This document shows positions 27,669 to 41,988 of a DNA stretch of 64,000 nucleotides, piece after piece; within the stretch, counting starts at the first letter, position 1, and each line of letters starts with the position of its first letter. The DNA lies in NCBI GenBank assembly GCA_964016885.1, contig OZ024766.1, positions 11,718,001 to 11,782,000 of the forward strand. The letters run 5' to 3'. The notes beneath the pieces are model-generated. The model saw nothing but the letters and a program-made list of their open reading frames with translations. It had not been told where the DNA came from and made no database searches. The DNA is from Eledone cirrhosa (taxonomy: Eukaryota). Position numbers and translations under genes: made by a program.

Positions 27669-27793
27669 AAATATGTATAATAAAATAAATATGGTTTTAT
27701 AAATATAGTTTCCATTAATTAATATATTGTATATATATATATATATATATATACGATATTAATAAATGGAAACTATATTTATAAAACCATATT

Positions 27794-27858
27794 TATTTCA
27801 TTATACATATTTCAGGGATACCAAATTAAATTATGGTATGCCTTCATCAGACAAAATA
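27794..27858 (-). ncRNA. minimal type I hammerhead ribozyme motif
   Basis: Minus: UAUUUUGU-CUGAUGA-AGGCAUACCA..UGGUAUCCCU-GAAA-UAUGUA-UA-AUGAAAUA. Confidence 0.62.
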
Positions 27859-28237
27859 CAATATATAACAGTTTTACAAATAAGCTTTGACGTACCCGTT
27901 TAAAATGCAACCATTATTTTTGGAAGCCAACTGGATAATTTAATTTGGTATCCCTGAAATATGTATAATGAAATAAATATGGTTTTATAAATATAGTTTC
28001 CATTTATTTAATATCGTATATCTACTCCAAAAACTTGTCGAGTGCTTTATATCAGTTATAAAAATATTTACTTGTTGTATCCCAATAATTTTAAATAGAA
28101 CTTTTGCATATATATATATATATATATATATATACATTTTCTAAATATTTTTTTTTTTTTTTTTTACATCTTTTATCCTTTCGGTGTATGTCTTTGCTGT
28201 TGTTGCCAAAAAAACGTTGTCGTCGTTTCGTTTTCAG

Positions 28238-28377
28238 CGGTGAAATTCGGTCGGATGTCAAAGAAACAAAGGGAAAAGGTCGAGGACGAAGTGAACTTGG
28301 TGAAACAGCGAGGACTGAACGGGTATGACCCCATGGCCTCACCCTACTCACAACCGCCAACCACCACCACCACCATC

Positions 28378-28421
<44 letters not shown>

Positions 28422-28436
28422 CCAATACATCACCAC
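28238..28436 (+). CDS. HR3: HR3/ROR exon: C-terminal extension of DBD and start of hinge, with poly-Thr/poly-Asn
   Basis: Acceptor ttttcAG ends 28237, donor GTaagc at 28437. Joins the previous exon in frame (G|CG=Ala): [47 protein letters not shown](N)15QYIT. Confidence 0.94.
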
Positions 28437-28875
28437 GTAAGCCCGCTTCGCTTGATTCCCCGCCTTGCTGTCTTTTGTGTTGTTTGTGCTGTTGTTGTTG
28501 TTGTTGTTGTTGTTGTTGTCGTTTTTGTTGTTGTTTTTTTGTTGATTTTTTTATATATATATATTTTTTAAATTATTTATTTTTATTTTTATTTTTATTT
28601 TATTTTATTTATTTATTTTTTTTTGCATTTTTTTTAGGGAGGGAGGGTGTTCTCTCCTCTCTCTTCCTCCCCCTCCTCCTCTTCTTCTGCCTTCTCTACC
28701 TCTTCATTGCCATCATCATCATCATCGTCACCATCTTCATATTGCTATCATCATCATCACGTCGATATCACCATCATCATCTTTCATTTTCTTTCTATCT
28801 GTTTGTATGTGTATATATATATATATATATGTGTGTATATAAATATATGTATATATATATGTATATATATGTATG

Positions 28876-28906
<31 letters not shown>

Positions 28907-29491
28907 GTATATATATATATAAATATATGTATATATTTATATGTATATATATGTATATATATATATAAATATATGTATATATATGTATATATATGTATAT
29001 ATTTATATGTATATATATGTATTTATATATATGTATATATATGTATATGTAAATATATATGTGTATATATATATGTATATATATATACATATATATGTAT
29101 ATATATGTATATATATATACATATATATGTATATATATATGTATGTATATATATATATATGTATATATATGTATATATATATATATATGTATGTATATCA
29201 TCATCATCATCATCATCATCATCATTTAACGTCCATCTTCCACACTAGCATGGGTCTCGACGGGAATTGTCCCACTTGAGGCAAGATTGGTTGTCTTGCT
29301 CGCATAGGACTGTCTGGCGGGTTTTCTACGGCTGGATGCCCTTCCTAACACCAACCACATTTACAGTGTGGAACGGGGAGGTTTTTACTGTGTTACCTAC
29401 ACGGCCACATTACAGCGTGGACTGTGTGTTTTTGTCGTGACACCTACACGGCCTCATTTGTTTAGGACTGGATGTTGTGGTACCAACATAG

Positions 29492-29524
<33 letters not shown>

Positions 29525-29916
29525 GTAGGTCCCGGGTTGAGTCGGGGATAACCACAGTAAGTAAGGTACTCAATACATGGCAGAGTAAAATTTTTTTGTT
29601 TTATAGAAGGAGCTTCTACAGGACTAGTACTGTTTCATTCATCTGAATGAAACAGTACTAGTCCTGTAGAAGCTCCTTCTATAAAACAAACAAAAAAATA
29701 TATATATGTGTGTCTGATGGTAGCTAAGATGCTTCCATAGGTGGTATGCCGGTTGAGCACTCTATGCTCTTACAGAGTAGAGTATGATAGAATAGAAAAC
29801 AAAAAATCAGTGATGCTTCTGAACACAATCACCGCGTCTCGAGCTGTCTGCCGGGGAAACAATTGTAACACACAATAAATTGAGTCCAGATGCATCACTG
29901 ATTTTTCGTTTTCTAT

Positions 29917-30640
29917 GGAGGCATATGGCTTAGTGGTTAGAGCATTGGCTTTGCAATCGAAAGGTTGTGAGTTCAATTCTCAGACCGGGGGATGTGTTGT
30001 TTCCTTGAGCAAGACACTTTATTTCACATTGCTCCAGTTTACTCAGCTGTAGAAATGAGATGATAGGGACTGGGGTCCCTATCATTCCACTGCAAAGTGG
30101 TCGTGGAGTGGCCACGGCAAAAAAGCACCCAGCACTCACTGTAAATGTGGTTGCTGTTAGGAAGGGCATCCAGCTGTAGAAATGAGATGATAGGGACTGG
30201 GGTCCCTATCATTCCACTGCAAAGTGGTCGTGGAGGTGCCACGGCAAAAAAGCACCCAGCACTCACTGTAAATGAGGTTGGTGTTAGGAAGGGCATCCAG
30301 CTGTAGAAATGAGATGATAGGGACTGGGGTACCTATCATTCCACTGTAAAGTGGTCGTGGAGGTGCCACGGCAAAAAAGCACCCAGCACTCACTGTAAAT
30401 GTGGTTGCTGTTAGGAAGGGCATCCAGCTGTAGAAATGAGATGATAGGGACTGGGGTCCCTATCATTCCACTGTAAAGTGGTCGTGGAGGTGCCACGGCA
30501 AAAAGGCACCCAGCACTCACTGTAAATGAGGTTGGTGTTAGGAAGGGCATCCAGCTGTAGAAATCAAACCAGAATCAGTTCCCGTCCCACCCTTGCAAGC
30601 AGGGAAAAGCGGACGTAAAATGATGATGATGATGATGATT
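29917..30640 (+). mobile_element. tRNA-derived SINE with internal 127-bp tandem amplification (4 units)
   Basis: CAGCTGTAGAAAT recurs every 127 bp from 30044. Confidence 0.85.
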
Positions 30641-30929
30641 CTCTCTATATATAGTCGCGTGGCTGAGTTGTTAGAGAACTGGATTCACAATCATGAGGTT
30701 GTGAGTTTGATCCCCGAACCGGGCGATGCGTTATATTTCACGTTGCTCCTTCTACCTCCATCGGACGGAGCACACAGGCTTCGTTTCTTTCTAATCTACG
30801 CAAGTCTTCCACCTTCAGCGCCCAGGTCTCACTACCATGTAACACTGCTCTTCGGATACACGCATCATACAGTCTGCCTTTCATTTTGAGGGAGAAGCCT
30901 ATATATATATATATATATATACCTTTATG

Positions 30930-31219
30930 TGAAGGCGTGTGGCTGAGTGGTTAGAGAATTGGATCTACAATCGTGAGGTTGTGAGTTCGATTCCTGGACC
31001 GGGTGATGTGTTATGTCCTTGAGCAAGACACCTTATTTCACGTTGCTCCTTCTACCTGGAGTTGCGACCGATAGATAGTATTTGCGACTGGAAAGACCAA
31101 TGGAAACATTGTTTCCTTGGTCCGATTTGACCAAAGTCGATCGACTCTCTCTCTATCTATCTATCTATCTATCTATATATATATATATATATGCGTGTGT
31201 GTGTATATATATGTGTGTA

Positions 31220-31250
<31 letters not shown>

Positions 31251-31470
31251 TAGTGAAGGCGTGTGGCTGAGTGGTTAGAGAATTGGATTCGCAATTGTGA
31301 GGTTGTGAGTTCGATTCCCGGACCAGGAGATATGTTATGTCCTTGAGCAAGACACTTTATTTCACTTTGCTCCTTCTACCTGGAGTTGTGACCGATAGAT
31401 AGTACTAGCAATTGGAAAGACGAACGGAAACATTGTTTCCTCGGTCCGATTTGACGAAAGTCGATCGATC
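30930..31470 (+). mobile_element. two tandem copies of a second tRNA/CORE-type SINE
   Basis: GGCGTGTGGCTGAGTGGTTAGAG...GTTCGATTCC...CCTTGAGCAAGACAC...CGGTCCGATTTGAC; three inverted copies at 44260-45000. Confidence 0.78.
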
Positions 31471-31496
31471 CTTTATCTATATATTCATCTGCCCGC

Positions 31497-31542
<46 letters not shown>

Positions 31543-32166
31543 CTCTCTCACCCCCCCCCCCCCCCTCTCTTATTCTCTCCACCCACTCTCACTTGTTTTT
31601 GCAATGTCTTTATTTGCATATTATGCTTTGCTTTGAGTCACTATATTAAAATTGTAATGTGTGTGTATGGATGTATATATATGCATATATATATGCATAT
31701 ATATATATATATATATATATATAAAGGTTATCATATACATAAAATTAAATTAAAGATATATATATGTTGCAACTGTTCACTAATTATGTGTGGTTGATGG
31801 TATATTTGATCGGATTCTGCATGCTGCCGAAATGTTTGCTAAATAGTGGAATGGAGCCGCTGTGAAGAGGCTACGATCAATTGCTTGTCAGAGATTTCCC
31901 CGTAAGAAAATTTATTTCTTAAAGCTTGCTAGATTTGATTTTGTATATGGTTAATTATACTGATTAGAAGAAGAAATAGTATATATTTTAATATCTGATC
32001 AGTTCCTGTATGAGCAAGGCATGGTCAGCCGACCAGACACTGCACACAACAGGACAACCCGTCTAACCCATGCTAGCGTGGAAGAACGGACGTAAAACGG
32101 TGATGATGGTGATGATCTGATTGATTCTATAGACATGATTTATGATATATATATATATATATATAT

Positions 32167-32572
32167 AATATAAGATCAAAAGATGGTTAAAGGAGTTCCA
32201 TATATTTTATTATGCGCATTTCAAAAACAAACATCATCAAGCAATAATATTTGTGTTTTCATCAGATAAAACAGGAGAACATGATATGAAGGCTAAAAAA
32301 CACTTGTGGATAGTGCAGTTTTAAATCAACATATGCACTATCCACAAGTGTTTTTTAGCCTTCATATCATGTTCTCCTGTTTTATCTGATGAAAACACAA
32401 ATATTATTGCTTGATGATGTTTGTTTTTGAAATGCGCATAATAAAATATATGGAACTCCTTTAACCATCTTTTGATCTTATATTATGCATACTCCAGTCC
32501 CACAAACTGTTGAGTGCTTCTTATCCGATATCTGCATTGCTTTATTGTACTACAATAAAACTCACCTCCTAC
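32167..32572. mobile_element. fold-back Penelope-like fragment with a hammerhead in each arm (second copy)
   Basis: Same family as 18022-18467 with a different loop; hammerheads at 32204-32272 (-) and 32379-32447 (+). Confidence 0.8.
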
Positions 32573-32829
32573 ATATATATATATATATACACCTATATGC
32601 TTTGTTTTTGAATTTGTTTTGCAAGATTTCTTATCTGAAGGCGTGTGTTGAAACAGATATTGTTATACTTTGGTAGGGTCATGTTGCCAATAAAAACACA
32701 CGCACCTGTAGGTTGGTTCAATAACTGGAAGGAAGGTGTTTTTATATATTGTCAAAGCTCTTTCGTCAACACACAAAAGCAAGATGGTGTAGGGCAGAAC
32801 ATATGTGAGATATGAAATTAAAAAAACCA

Positions 32830-32870
32830 GTCACTGAGGAGGTCACAGTGTGTGACGAAATAGCTTTGAC
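32830..32870 (+). ncRNA. hammerhead-like motif
   Basis: GUCA-CUGAGGA-GGUCACA GUG UGUGAC-GAAA-UAGC-UU-UGAC. Confidence 0.5.
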
Positions 32871-33562
32871 AATATATAAATCATCATCCGGTTATCAAAC
32901 CAACCAACCGGAAATTTATAATAAATTTATGTGAAAACCAACATGTGCATGTGTTTTTATTGGCAGCATGACCCTACCAAAGTATAACAATGTATATATG
33001 TATATATATATATGTATATATATATGTGTATATGCATATATATGTGTGTGTATATATGTATATATATATACATACATATGTATGTGTGTGTGTATATATG
33101 TATATATATATATACATATGTATGTGTATTTATATATATATACATACATGTGTATGTATATATATATATACATACATATGTATGTGTTTGTATATATGTA
33201 TATATATACATACATATGTATGTGTATATATATATATACATACATATGTATGTGTTTGTATATATGTATATATATATATATATATACATACATATGTATG
33301 TGTATGTATATATATATATATATGTATGTGAATGTATATATATATACATACATATGTATGTGTATGTATATATATATATACACATGTATGTGTATGTATA
33401 TATATACACATACATATGTATGTGTGTGTGTATATATGTATATATAGATACATATGTATGTGTGTTTGTATATATGTATGTATATATATACATACATATG
33501 TATGTGTATATATATATATATACATACATATGGATGTGTGCGTATATATGCATACATATGTA

Positions 33563-33594
<32 letters not shown>

Positions 33595-33738
33595 CACATA
33601 TATATGTATATTTTTTAATGCTTAACTATGATTTTTAATGCTGTCTTTATTTTTGCTATATCTACCTAAATTACTCTGTATATGTACAATTAACTCTTAT
33701 ACTCGTACACAATATTAACTCTTTTTATAAGAACATTC

Positions 33739-34735
33739 GTTAAGTTATGTTCCAAACACCCCTGGTTTAATGATAACAAAAACTGGTTGTTTTAAAGTGT
33801 TTATATTTACCGAAAAAATTCCCATTATTTTAAGTAAGATCCTTTGTTAAGTTATGTTCCAAACATCCCGGGTTCTATGGCACAAAACTGTTTATGTTAA
33901 AGTGTTTATATTTACCAAAAAAATTCCCATTATTTTAAGTAAGATCCTATGTTAAGTTATGTTCCAAACATCCCAGGTTCTATGGCACAAAACTGTTTAT
34001 GTTAAAGTGTTTATATTTACCAAAAAAATTCCCATTATTTTAAGTAAGATCCTTTGTTAAGTTATGTTCCAAACATCCCGGGTTCTATTATACAAATCTT
34101 TTGAAAAAACTTCCATCTTAAATTCATGTTAGATCCTCTGTTAAGTTATGTTCCAAACACTGTCTTAAAGTGTTTATATTTATCCGAAAACGTTCTGTCA
34201 TAAATTCATGTTAGATCCTCTGTTAAGTTATGTTCCAAACACTGTCTTAAAGTGTTTATATTTATCCGAAAACGTTCTGTCATAAATTCATGTTAGATCC
34301 TCTGTTAAGTTATGTTCCAAACACTGTCTTAAAGTGTTTATATTTATCCGAAAACGTTCTGTCATAAATTCATGTTAGATCCTCTGTTAAGTTATGTTCC
34401 AAACACTGTCTTAAAGTGTTTATATTTATCCGAAAACGTTCTGTCATAAATTCATGTTAGATCCTCTGTTAAGTTATGTTCCAAACACTGTCTTAAAGTG
34501 TTTATATTTATCCAAAAACGTTCTGTCATAAATTCATGTTAGATCCTCTGTTAAGTTATGTTCCAAACACTGTCTTAAAGTGTTTATATTTATCCAAAAA
34601 CGTTCTGTCATAAATTCATGTTAGATCCTCTGTTAAGTTATGTTCCAAACACTGTCTTAAAGTGTTTATATTTATCCAAAAACATTCTGTCATAAATTCA
34701 TGTTAGATCCTTTGTTAAGTTATGTTCCAAACACC
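33739..34735. repeat. minisatellite switching from ~105-bp to 82-bp period
   Basis: GTTAAGTTATGTTCCAAACA at 33739, 33846, 33951, 34056, 34140, then every 82 bp. Confidence 0.88.
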
Positions 34736-35079
34736 AACTTAGTAATGAGAACATTAGTTATATTACTAAATCCCTCCCAATTTTTATAAAGAAGTCACAG
34801 TTGAGGTAGGCCTAGGAAGACTGCACTGGTATGGACATGTGATGTGAATAGACATTGGTCACTGGGTGATGAAGTGCCGAGAGATCTCAGTGGAAGGAAG
34901 CTGCAGTAGAGGAAGACCAAGGAAAGCTGTGGTGGTATGGACATGTGATGTGCAGCATAGGAAGACCTGTGTATAAGATGGAAGAAGTTTTGGGAAAACC
35001 TACCTCTGTTAACAGAGAGAGGGGGTAGTGTTGTTTATCAGAAATATGGTTAAAGTGTTTATATTTAAAAGTGTTAAGG

Positions 35080-38000
35080 TACATTACTCTATATATACTA
35101 TAATATTGTCACAGTAAAGGCTTTACCTCACATAATATCTCACATAACATTTACATTACTCTATATATACTATTGTATTTTCACAGTAAAGGCTTTATCT
35201 CACATAATATCTCACATAACATTTACATTACTCTATATATACTATTGTATTTTCACAGTAAAGGCTTTACCTCACATAATATCTCACATAACATTTACAT
35301 TACTCTATATATACTATTGTATTGTCACAGTAAAGGCTTTACCTCACATAATATCTCACATAACATTTACATTACTCTATATATACTATTGTATTTTCAC
35401 AGTAAAGGCTTTACCTCACATAATACCTCACATAACATTCACATTACTCTATATATACTATTGTATTTTCACAGTAAAGCCTTTATCTCACATAATATCT
35501 CACATAACATTTACATTACTCTATATATACTATAATATTGTCACAGTAAAGGCTTTACCTCACATAATACCTCACATAACATTTACATTACTCTATATAT
35601 ACTATATTTTCACAGTAAAGGCTTTACCTCACATAATATCTCACATAACATTTACATTACTCTATATATACTATAATATTTTCACAGTAAAGGCTTTACC
35701 TCACATAATATCTCACATAACATTTACATTACTCTATATATACTATTATATTTTTACAGTAAAGGCTTTACCTCACATAATATCTCACATAATATTTACA
35801 TTACTCTATATATACTATTGTATTTTCACAGTAAAGGCTTTACCTCACATAATACCTTACATAACATTTACATTACTCTATATATACTATTGTATTTTCA
35901 CAGTAAAGGCTTTACCTCACATAATATCTCACATAACATTTACATTACTCTATATATACTATTGTATTTTCACACTAAAGGCTTTACCTCACATAATACC
36001 TCACATAACATTTACATTACTCTATATATACTATTGTATTTTCACAGTAAAGGCGTTACCTAACATAATATCTCACATAACATTTACATTACTCTATATA
36101 TACTATTGTATTGTCATAGTAAAGGCTTCACCACACATAATATCTCACATAACATTTACATTACTCTATATATACTATTGTATTTTCACACTAAAGGCTT
36201 TACCTCACATAATATCTCACATAACATTTACATTACTCTATATATACTATTGTATTTTCACAGTAAAGGCTTTACCTAACATAATATCTCACATAACATT
36301 TACATTACTCTATATATACTATTGTATTTTCACAGTAAAGGCTTTACCTCACATAATATCTCACATAACATTTACATTACTCTATATATACTATTGTATT
36401 TTCACAGTAAAGGCTTTACCTCACATAATATCTCACATAACATTTACATTACTCTATATATACTATTGTATTTTCACACTAAAGGCTTTATCTCACATAA
36501 CATTTTCATTACTCTATATATACTATTAGATTTTCACAGTAAAGGCTTTATCTCACATAATATCTCACATAACATTTACATTACTCTATATATACTATTA
36601 TATTTTTACAGTAAAGGCTTTACCTCACATAATATCTCACATAACATTGACATTACTTTATATACACTATTGTATTTTCACAGTAAAGGCTTTACCTCAC
36701 ATAATATCTCACATAACATTTACATTACTCTATATATACTATTGTATTTTCACAGTAAAGGCTTTACCTCACATAATATCTCACATAACATTTACATTAC
36801 TCTATATATACTATTGTATTGTCACAGTAAAGGCTTTACCTCACATAATATCTCACATAACATTTACATTACTCTATATATACTATTGTATTTTCACAGT
36901 AAAGGCTTTATCTCACATAATATCTCACATAACATTTTCATTACTCTATATATACTATTAGATTTTCACAGTAAAGGCTTTATCTCACATAATATCTCAC
37001 ATAACATTTTCATTACTCTATATATACTATTATATTTTCACAGTAAAGGCTTTATCTCACATAATATCTCACATAACATTTACATTTCTCTATATATACT
37101 ATAATATTTTTACAGTAAAGGCTTTACCTCACATAATATCTCACATAACATTTACATTACTCTATATATACTATTGTATTTTCACAGTAAAGGCTTTACC
37201 TCACATAATATCTCACATAACATTTACATTACTCTATATATACTATTGTATTTTCACAGTAAAGGCTTTATCTTACATAATATCTCACATAACATTTACA
37301 TTACTCTATATATACTATTGTATTGTCACAGTAAAGGCTTTACCTCACATAATATCTCACATAACATTTACATTACTCTATATATACTATTGTATTTTCA
37401 CAGTAAAGGCTTTACCTCACATAATATCTCACATAACATTTACATTACTCTATATTTACTATTGTATTTTCACAGTAAAGGCTTTACCTCACATAATATC
37501 TCACATAACATTTACATTACTCTATATATATTATTGTATTTTCACAGTAAAGGCTTTACCTCACATAATATCTCACATAACATTTTCATTACTCTATATA
37601 TACTATTAGATTTTCACAGTAAAGGCTTTATCTCACATAATATCTCACATAATATTTACATTACTCTATATATACTATTGTATTTTCACACTAAAGGCTT
37701 TATCTCACATAACATTTTCATTACTCTATATATACTATTATATTTTCACAGTAAAGGCTTTACCTCACATAATATCTCACATAACATTTACATTACTCTA
37801 TATATACTATTAGATTTTCACAGTAAAGGCTTTATCTCACATAATATCTCACATAACATTTACATTACTCTATATATACTATTATATTTTCACAGTAAAG
37901 GCTTTATCTCACATAATATCTCACATAACATTTACATTACTCTATATATACACTATTGTATTTTCACAATAAAGGCTTTACCTCACATAATATCTCACAT

Positions 38001-38648
38001 AACATTTACATTACTCTATATATACTATTGTATTTTCACAGTAAAGGCTTTACTTCACATAATATCTCACATAACATTTACATTACTCTATATATACTAT
38101 TGTATTTTCACAGTAAAGGCTTTATCTCACATAATATCTCACATAACATTTACATTACTCTATATATACTATTATATTTTCACAGTAAAGGCTTTATCTC
38201 ACATAATAGCTCACATAACATTTACATTACTCTATATATACTATTGTATTTTCACAGCAAAGCCTTTATCTCACATAATATCTCACATAACATTTACATT
38301 ACTCTATATATACTATTGTATTTTCACAGTAAAGGCTTTACTTCACATAATATCTCACATGACATTTACATTACTCTATATATACTATTGTATTTTCACA
38401 GTAAAGGCTTTACCTCACATAATATCTCACATAACATTTACATTACTCTATATATACTATTGTATTTTCACAGTAAAGGCTTTACTTCACATAATATCTC
38501 ACATGACATTTACATTACTCTATACATACTATTGTATTTTCACAGTAAAGGCTTTACCTCACATAATATCTCACATAACATTTACATTACTCTATATATA
38601 CTATTGTATTTTTGTGGTAAAGGCTTTACCTCACATAATATCTCACAG
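35080..38648. repeat. 72-bp satellite (~50 units) derived from a piggyBac-type MITE
   Basis: Unit ACATTACTCTATATATACTATTGTATTTTCACAGTAAAGGCTTTACCTCACATAATATCTCACATAACATTT; array runs into the MITE right end (TAAATGCTAAAGGG, ends 38776). Confidence 0.92.
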
Positions 38649-39156
38649 AATATCGAATCTACGAGATTTTAATATTATTCATTTTGGTAATAATACCCTA
38701 ACATAAGTATGAGGTGCCAGAACAGAAAGGGGTGAGAGAATTCTGGCTAGATATGGCCAGTTTAAATGCTAAAGGGTTTATAGTGTTAAAAGTACATTAC
38801 AAGTGTTTTTCGTTTTTGTGTATCTGTACGTCGGGGGTGGGGTAGGGCGGGGTTTGCCTGTATTATTGCTGCAGCATGGCCTTCATCCATTTCTTTGTGA
38901 ATTTTTTTGGTCATCTTTTGACTAACAGGAAGTTCCAAAGTGGCTTGCAATATGGAAGCCTTTTGGATATTGTAGAAAAATTTTTGTTGCTTTCGTTGTT
39001 ACTTGCAGTATTGTGCGATTTATCTCCCCTTGGCATACGTTGTTGCTGAATGTGCGGCAATGCCCAGCAGATGGCGGTGTCGTCATTATCATTGTTGTGT
39101 GCTTCGCTTGGTGTTTCTGCGAACGAATGAACTTATATGCATGTGTGTATGTTTAT

Positions 39157-39205
<49 letters not shown>

Positions 39206-39234
39206 GATGTGTGTGTGTATATAGGTGTATATAT

Positions 39235-39302
<68 letters not shown>

Positions 39303-39373
39303 GTATTATATATATATGTGTATATACATATATATATATGTGTATATATATATGTGTATATTATATATGTGTG

Positions 39374-39423
<50 letters not shown>

Positions 39424-39564
39424 ATATATAATGTGTGTGCATATATATTATATATTATATATAAATGTATGTTTATATACATACATATATAAAAAAAAAT
39501 ATATATATATATATACACATCTGCTTCTATATATTACTGCATAAGCTTATATTCGCACACACAT

Positions 39565-39600
<36 letters not shown>

Positions 39601-40083
39601 CCTCATAGTGGTGGTTTTCAAAAAAAGCAAAAAAACCCAAAATATGTATATAAATAAAAGAACAAAAAAACGTTACCCCCCCCCCTTCCTTTTTAAACTG
39701 TTTTATTGTTGATATTCTTGTTGTTGTTACTGTTATAATTTTGTTTTTAAAGGGCAGTGCATTGGCAGTAACCGGTAGAGTGTCGGTGGCATGCTTTATG
39801 GCATAGTGTCCCGCCAGCTGAGCTCCTGCCATTTCAACAGCTAGAGCTCAGCTGTCGGGATCCTGACTCACTCATATATATATATATATGTATATATATG
39901 TATATATATATATATATATATTTGTATGTATATATATTTGTATGTATATATATTTGTATGTGTATATATGTGTATGTATATATATATATATATGTATGTA
40001 TATATATATGTATATGTATATATATATGTATATATATATATGTATATATATATATAAATAAATATATATTAATAAATCATATT

Positions 40084-40144
40084 TATTTTATTATACGTAT
40101 TTCAAGGGTACAAATATTTAAGTACGCTTTCCTCAGATAAAATA
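40084..40144 (-). ncRNA. minimal type I hammerhead ribozyme motif
   Basis: Minus: UAUUUUAU-CUGAGGA-AAGCGUAC..GUACCCUU-GAAA-UACGUA-UA-AUAAAAUA. Confidence 0.68.
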
Positions 40145-40212
40145 TAATATTTGGTGTTCAGATAGTGACATATCTTCATGTGAACATAATGGTATAAGCC
40201 CAATGAAGATAG

Positions 40213-40249
<37 letters not shown>

Positions 40250-40255
<6 letters not shown>

Positions 40256-41212
40256 ATAGTAATATACGCGAATGGTAAATCATAAATGAATTGAGAGAGA
40301 GACTGAGCATAAGAGGAATCAAATGCTGTGTGCAGGAGAAGAGGTTACGTTGGTATGGACATGTGATGCGTATGAAGGATGACAGCTGCATAAAAAGGTG
40401 CAGAGCACTAGAAGTCGATTGAAACCGCGGAGTGAGGAGACCCAAGATGACCTGGGATGAGGTGATAAAAGCCGACCTTACCCAATTACACCTCTCAAAG
40501 GCGATGACACACGACCGTGACCTCTGGCGTCACGCAGTAATACAGGGTACCCGACCTCCCATGGGTACAAGCCGAAGCTGAAGCATATAGACAATATGCC
40601 CCCACACCCCCCCACTGCAAAGTGGACGTGGAGGTGCCACGGAAAAAAAGCACCCAGTACTCACTGTAAATGAGGTTGTGGAGGTGCCACGGCAAAAAAG
40701 CACCCAGCCCACACTGTAAAGTGGACGTGGAGGTGCAACAGTAAAAAAGCACCCAGCCCACACTGTAAAGTGGACGTGGAGGTGCAACAGTAAAAAAGCA
40801 CCCAGCCCACACTGTAAAGTGGACGTGGAGGTGCCACAGTAAAAAAGCAGCCAGCACTCACTGTAAAGTGGTCGTGGAGGTGCCTCAGTAAAAAAGCACC
40901 CAGCCCACACTGTAAAGTGGTCGTGGAGGTGCCACGGCAAAAAAGCACCCAGCCCACACTGTAAAGTGGTCGTGGAGGTGCAGCAGAAAAAAAGCACCCA
41001 GTACTCACCGTAAAGTGGTCGTGGAGGTGCCACGGCAAAAAACACCCAGCACTCACTGTAAATGAGGTTGGTGTTAGGAAGGGCATCCAGCTGTAGAAAT
41101 CAAGCCAGAATCAGTTCCCATATGAGCAAGACAAGGTCAGCCGACCGGAGACTGCCCACAACAGGACAACACGTCTAACCCATGCTAGCGTGGAAGAACG
41201 GACGTAAAACAG

Positions 41213-41250
<38 letters not shown>
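40250..41250 (+). mobile_element. RTE LINE 3' fragment with 49-bp tandem expansion (~9 units) in the 3' UTR
   Basis: Matches 45165-45750; array at ~40612-41060; (GAT)n tail. Confidence 0.82.
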
Positions 41251-41252
<2 letters not shown>

Positions 41253-41380
41253 ATACCGTAATTCTTTAGAAATATGAAAATCCAATACATATATGTATAC
41301 AACTATGCTCGCAGCTAAATTCTAATTCTATTCTCTCTTTTTCTCTCTCTCTCTCACTCTCTCTCTATCCCTCTCTCTCT

Positions 41381-41411
<31 letters not shown>

Positions 41412-41956
41412 GTGTATGTGTGTGTGTGTGTGTGTGTATATATTGGAAAAGTAAATAACAATAAGGAGTACAGTTACAAAAGGTGTTAGGTATTAGGTTG
41501 ACACTATATGTGTGTATGTGTGTGTTTGTATATATATATATATATTACCGGGAGAGATGACCCCTTAGCCTTTGTCAAGGCAGAATTCTAGGGGAAGGAA
41601 AACTCTGATATAACACCTGCAACCCTGATGGTATCCAGTGATGTTGACATGTTCTTCTTTTTGGTAAATATCATCTTGGTTAAGAGAGTGGGACTGGCTT
41701 TGTGCAGTGCCTTTGCTCACTATAAAAGCTTCACGGCACAGGCATTGCTTTATATCTGGAGATCTCTCTGCACTTGTCGTCACATGGTACCATGGGCCCA
41801 GCACTATGTGTCAATAATTGTCACAGGTGTAGTGTTTGTACCAGAGTTTTCAAGTCGCTGGCTGGACTAAACAGTCACACTCGTTCAACGCATCGGTAGG
41901 GGTTCTCCTACATGGATATAAAGTAGTGGCCGTACTCGAAAACGAGTTGGCAGCCA

Positions 41957-41988
<32 letters not shown>

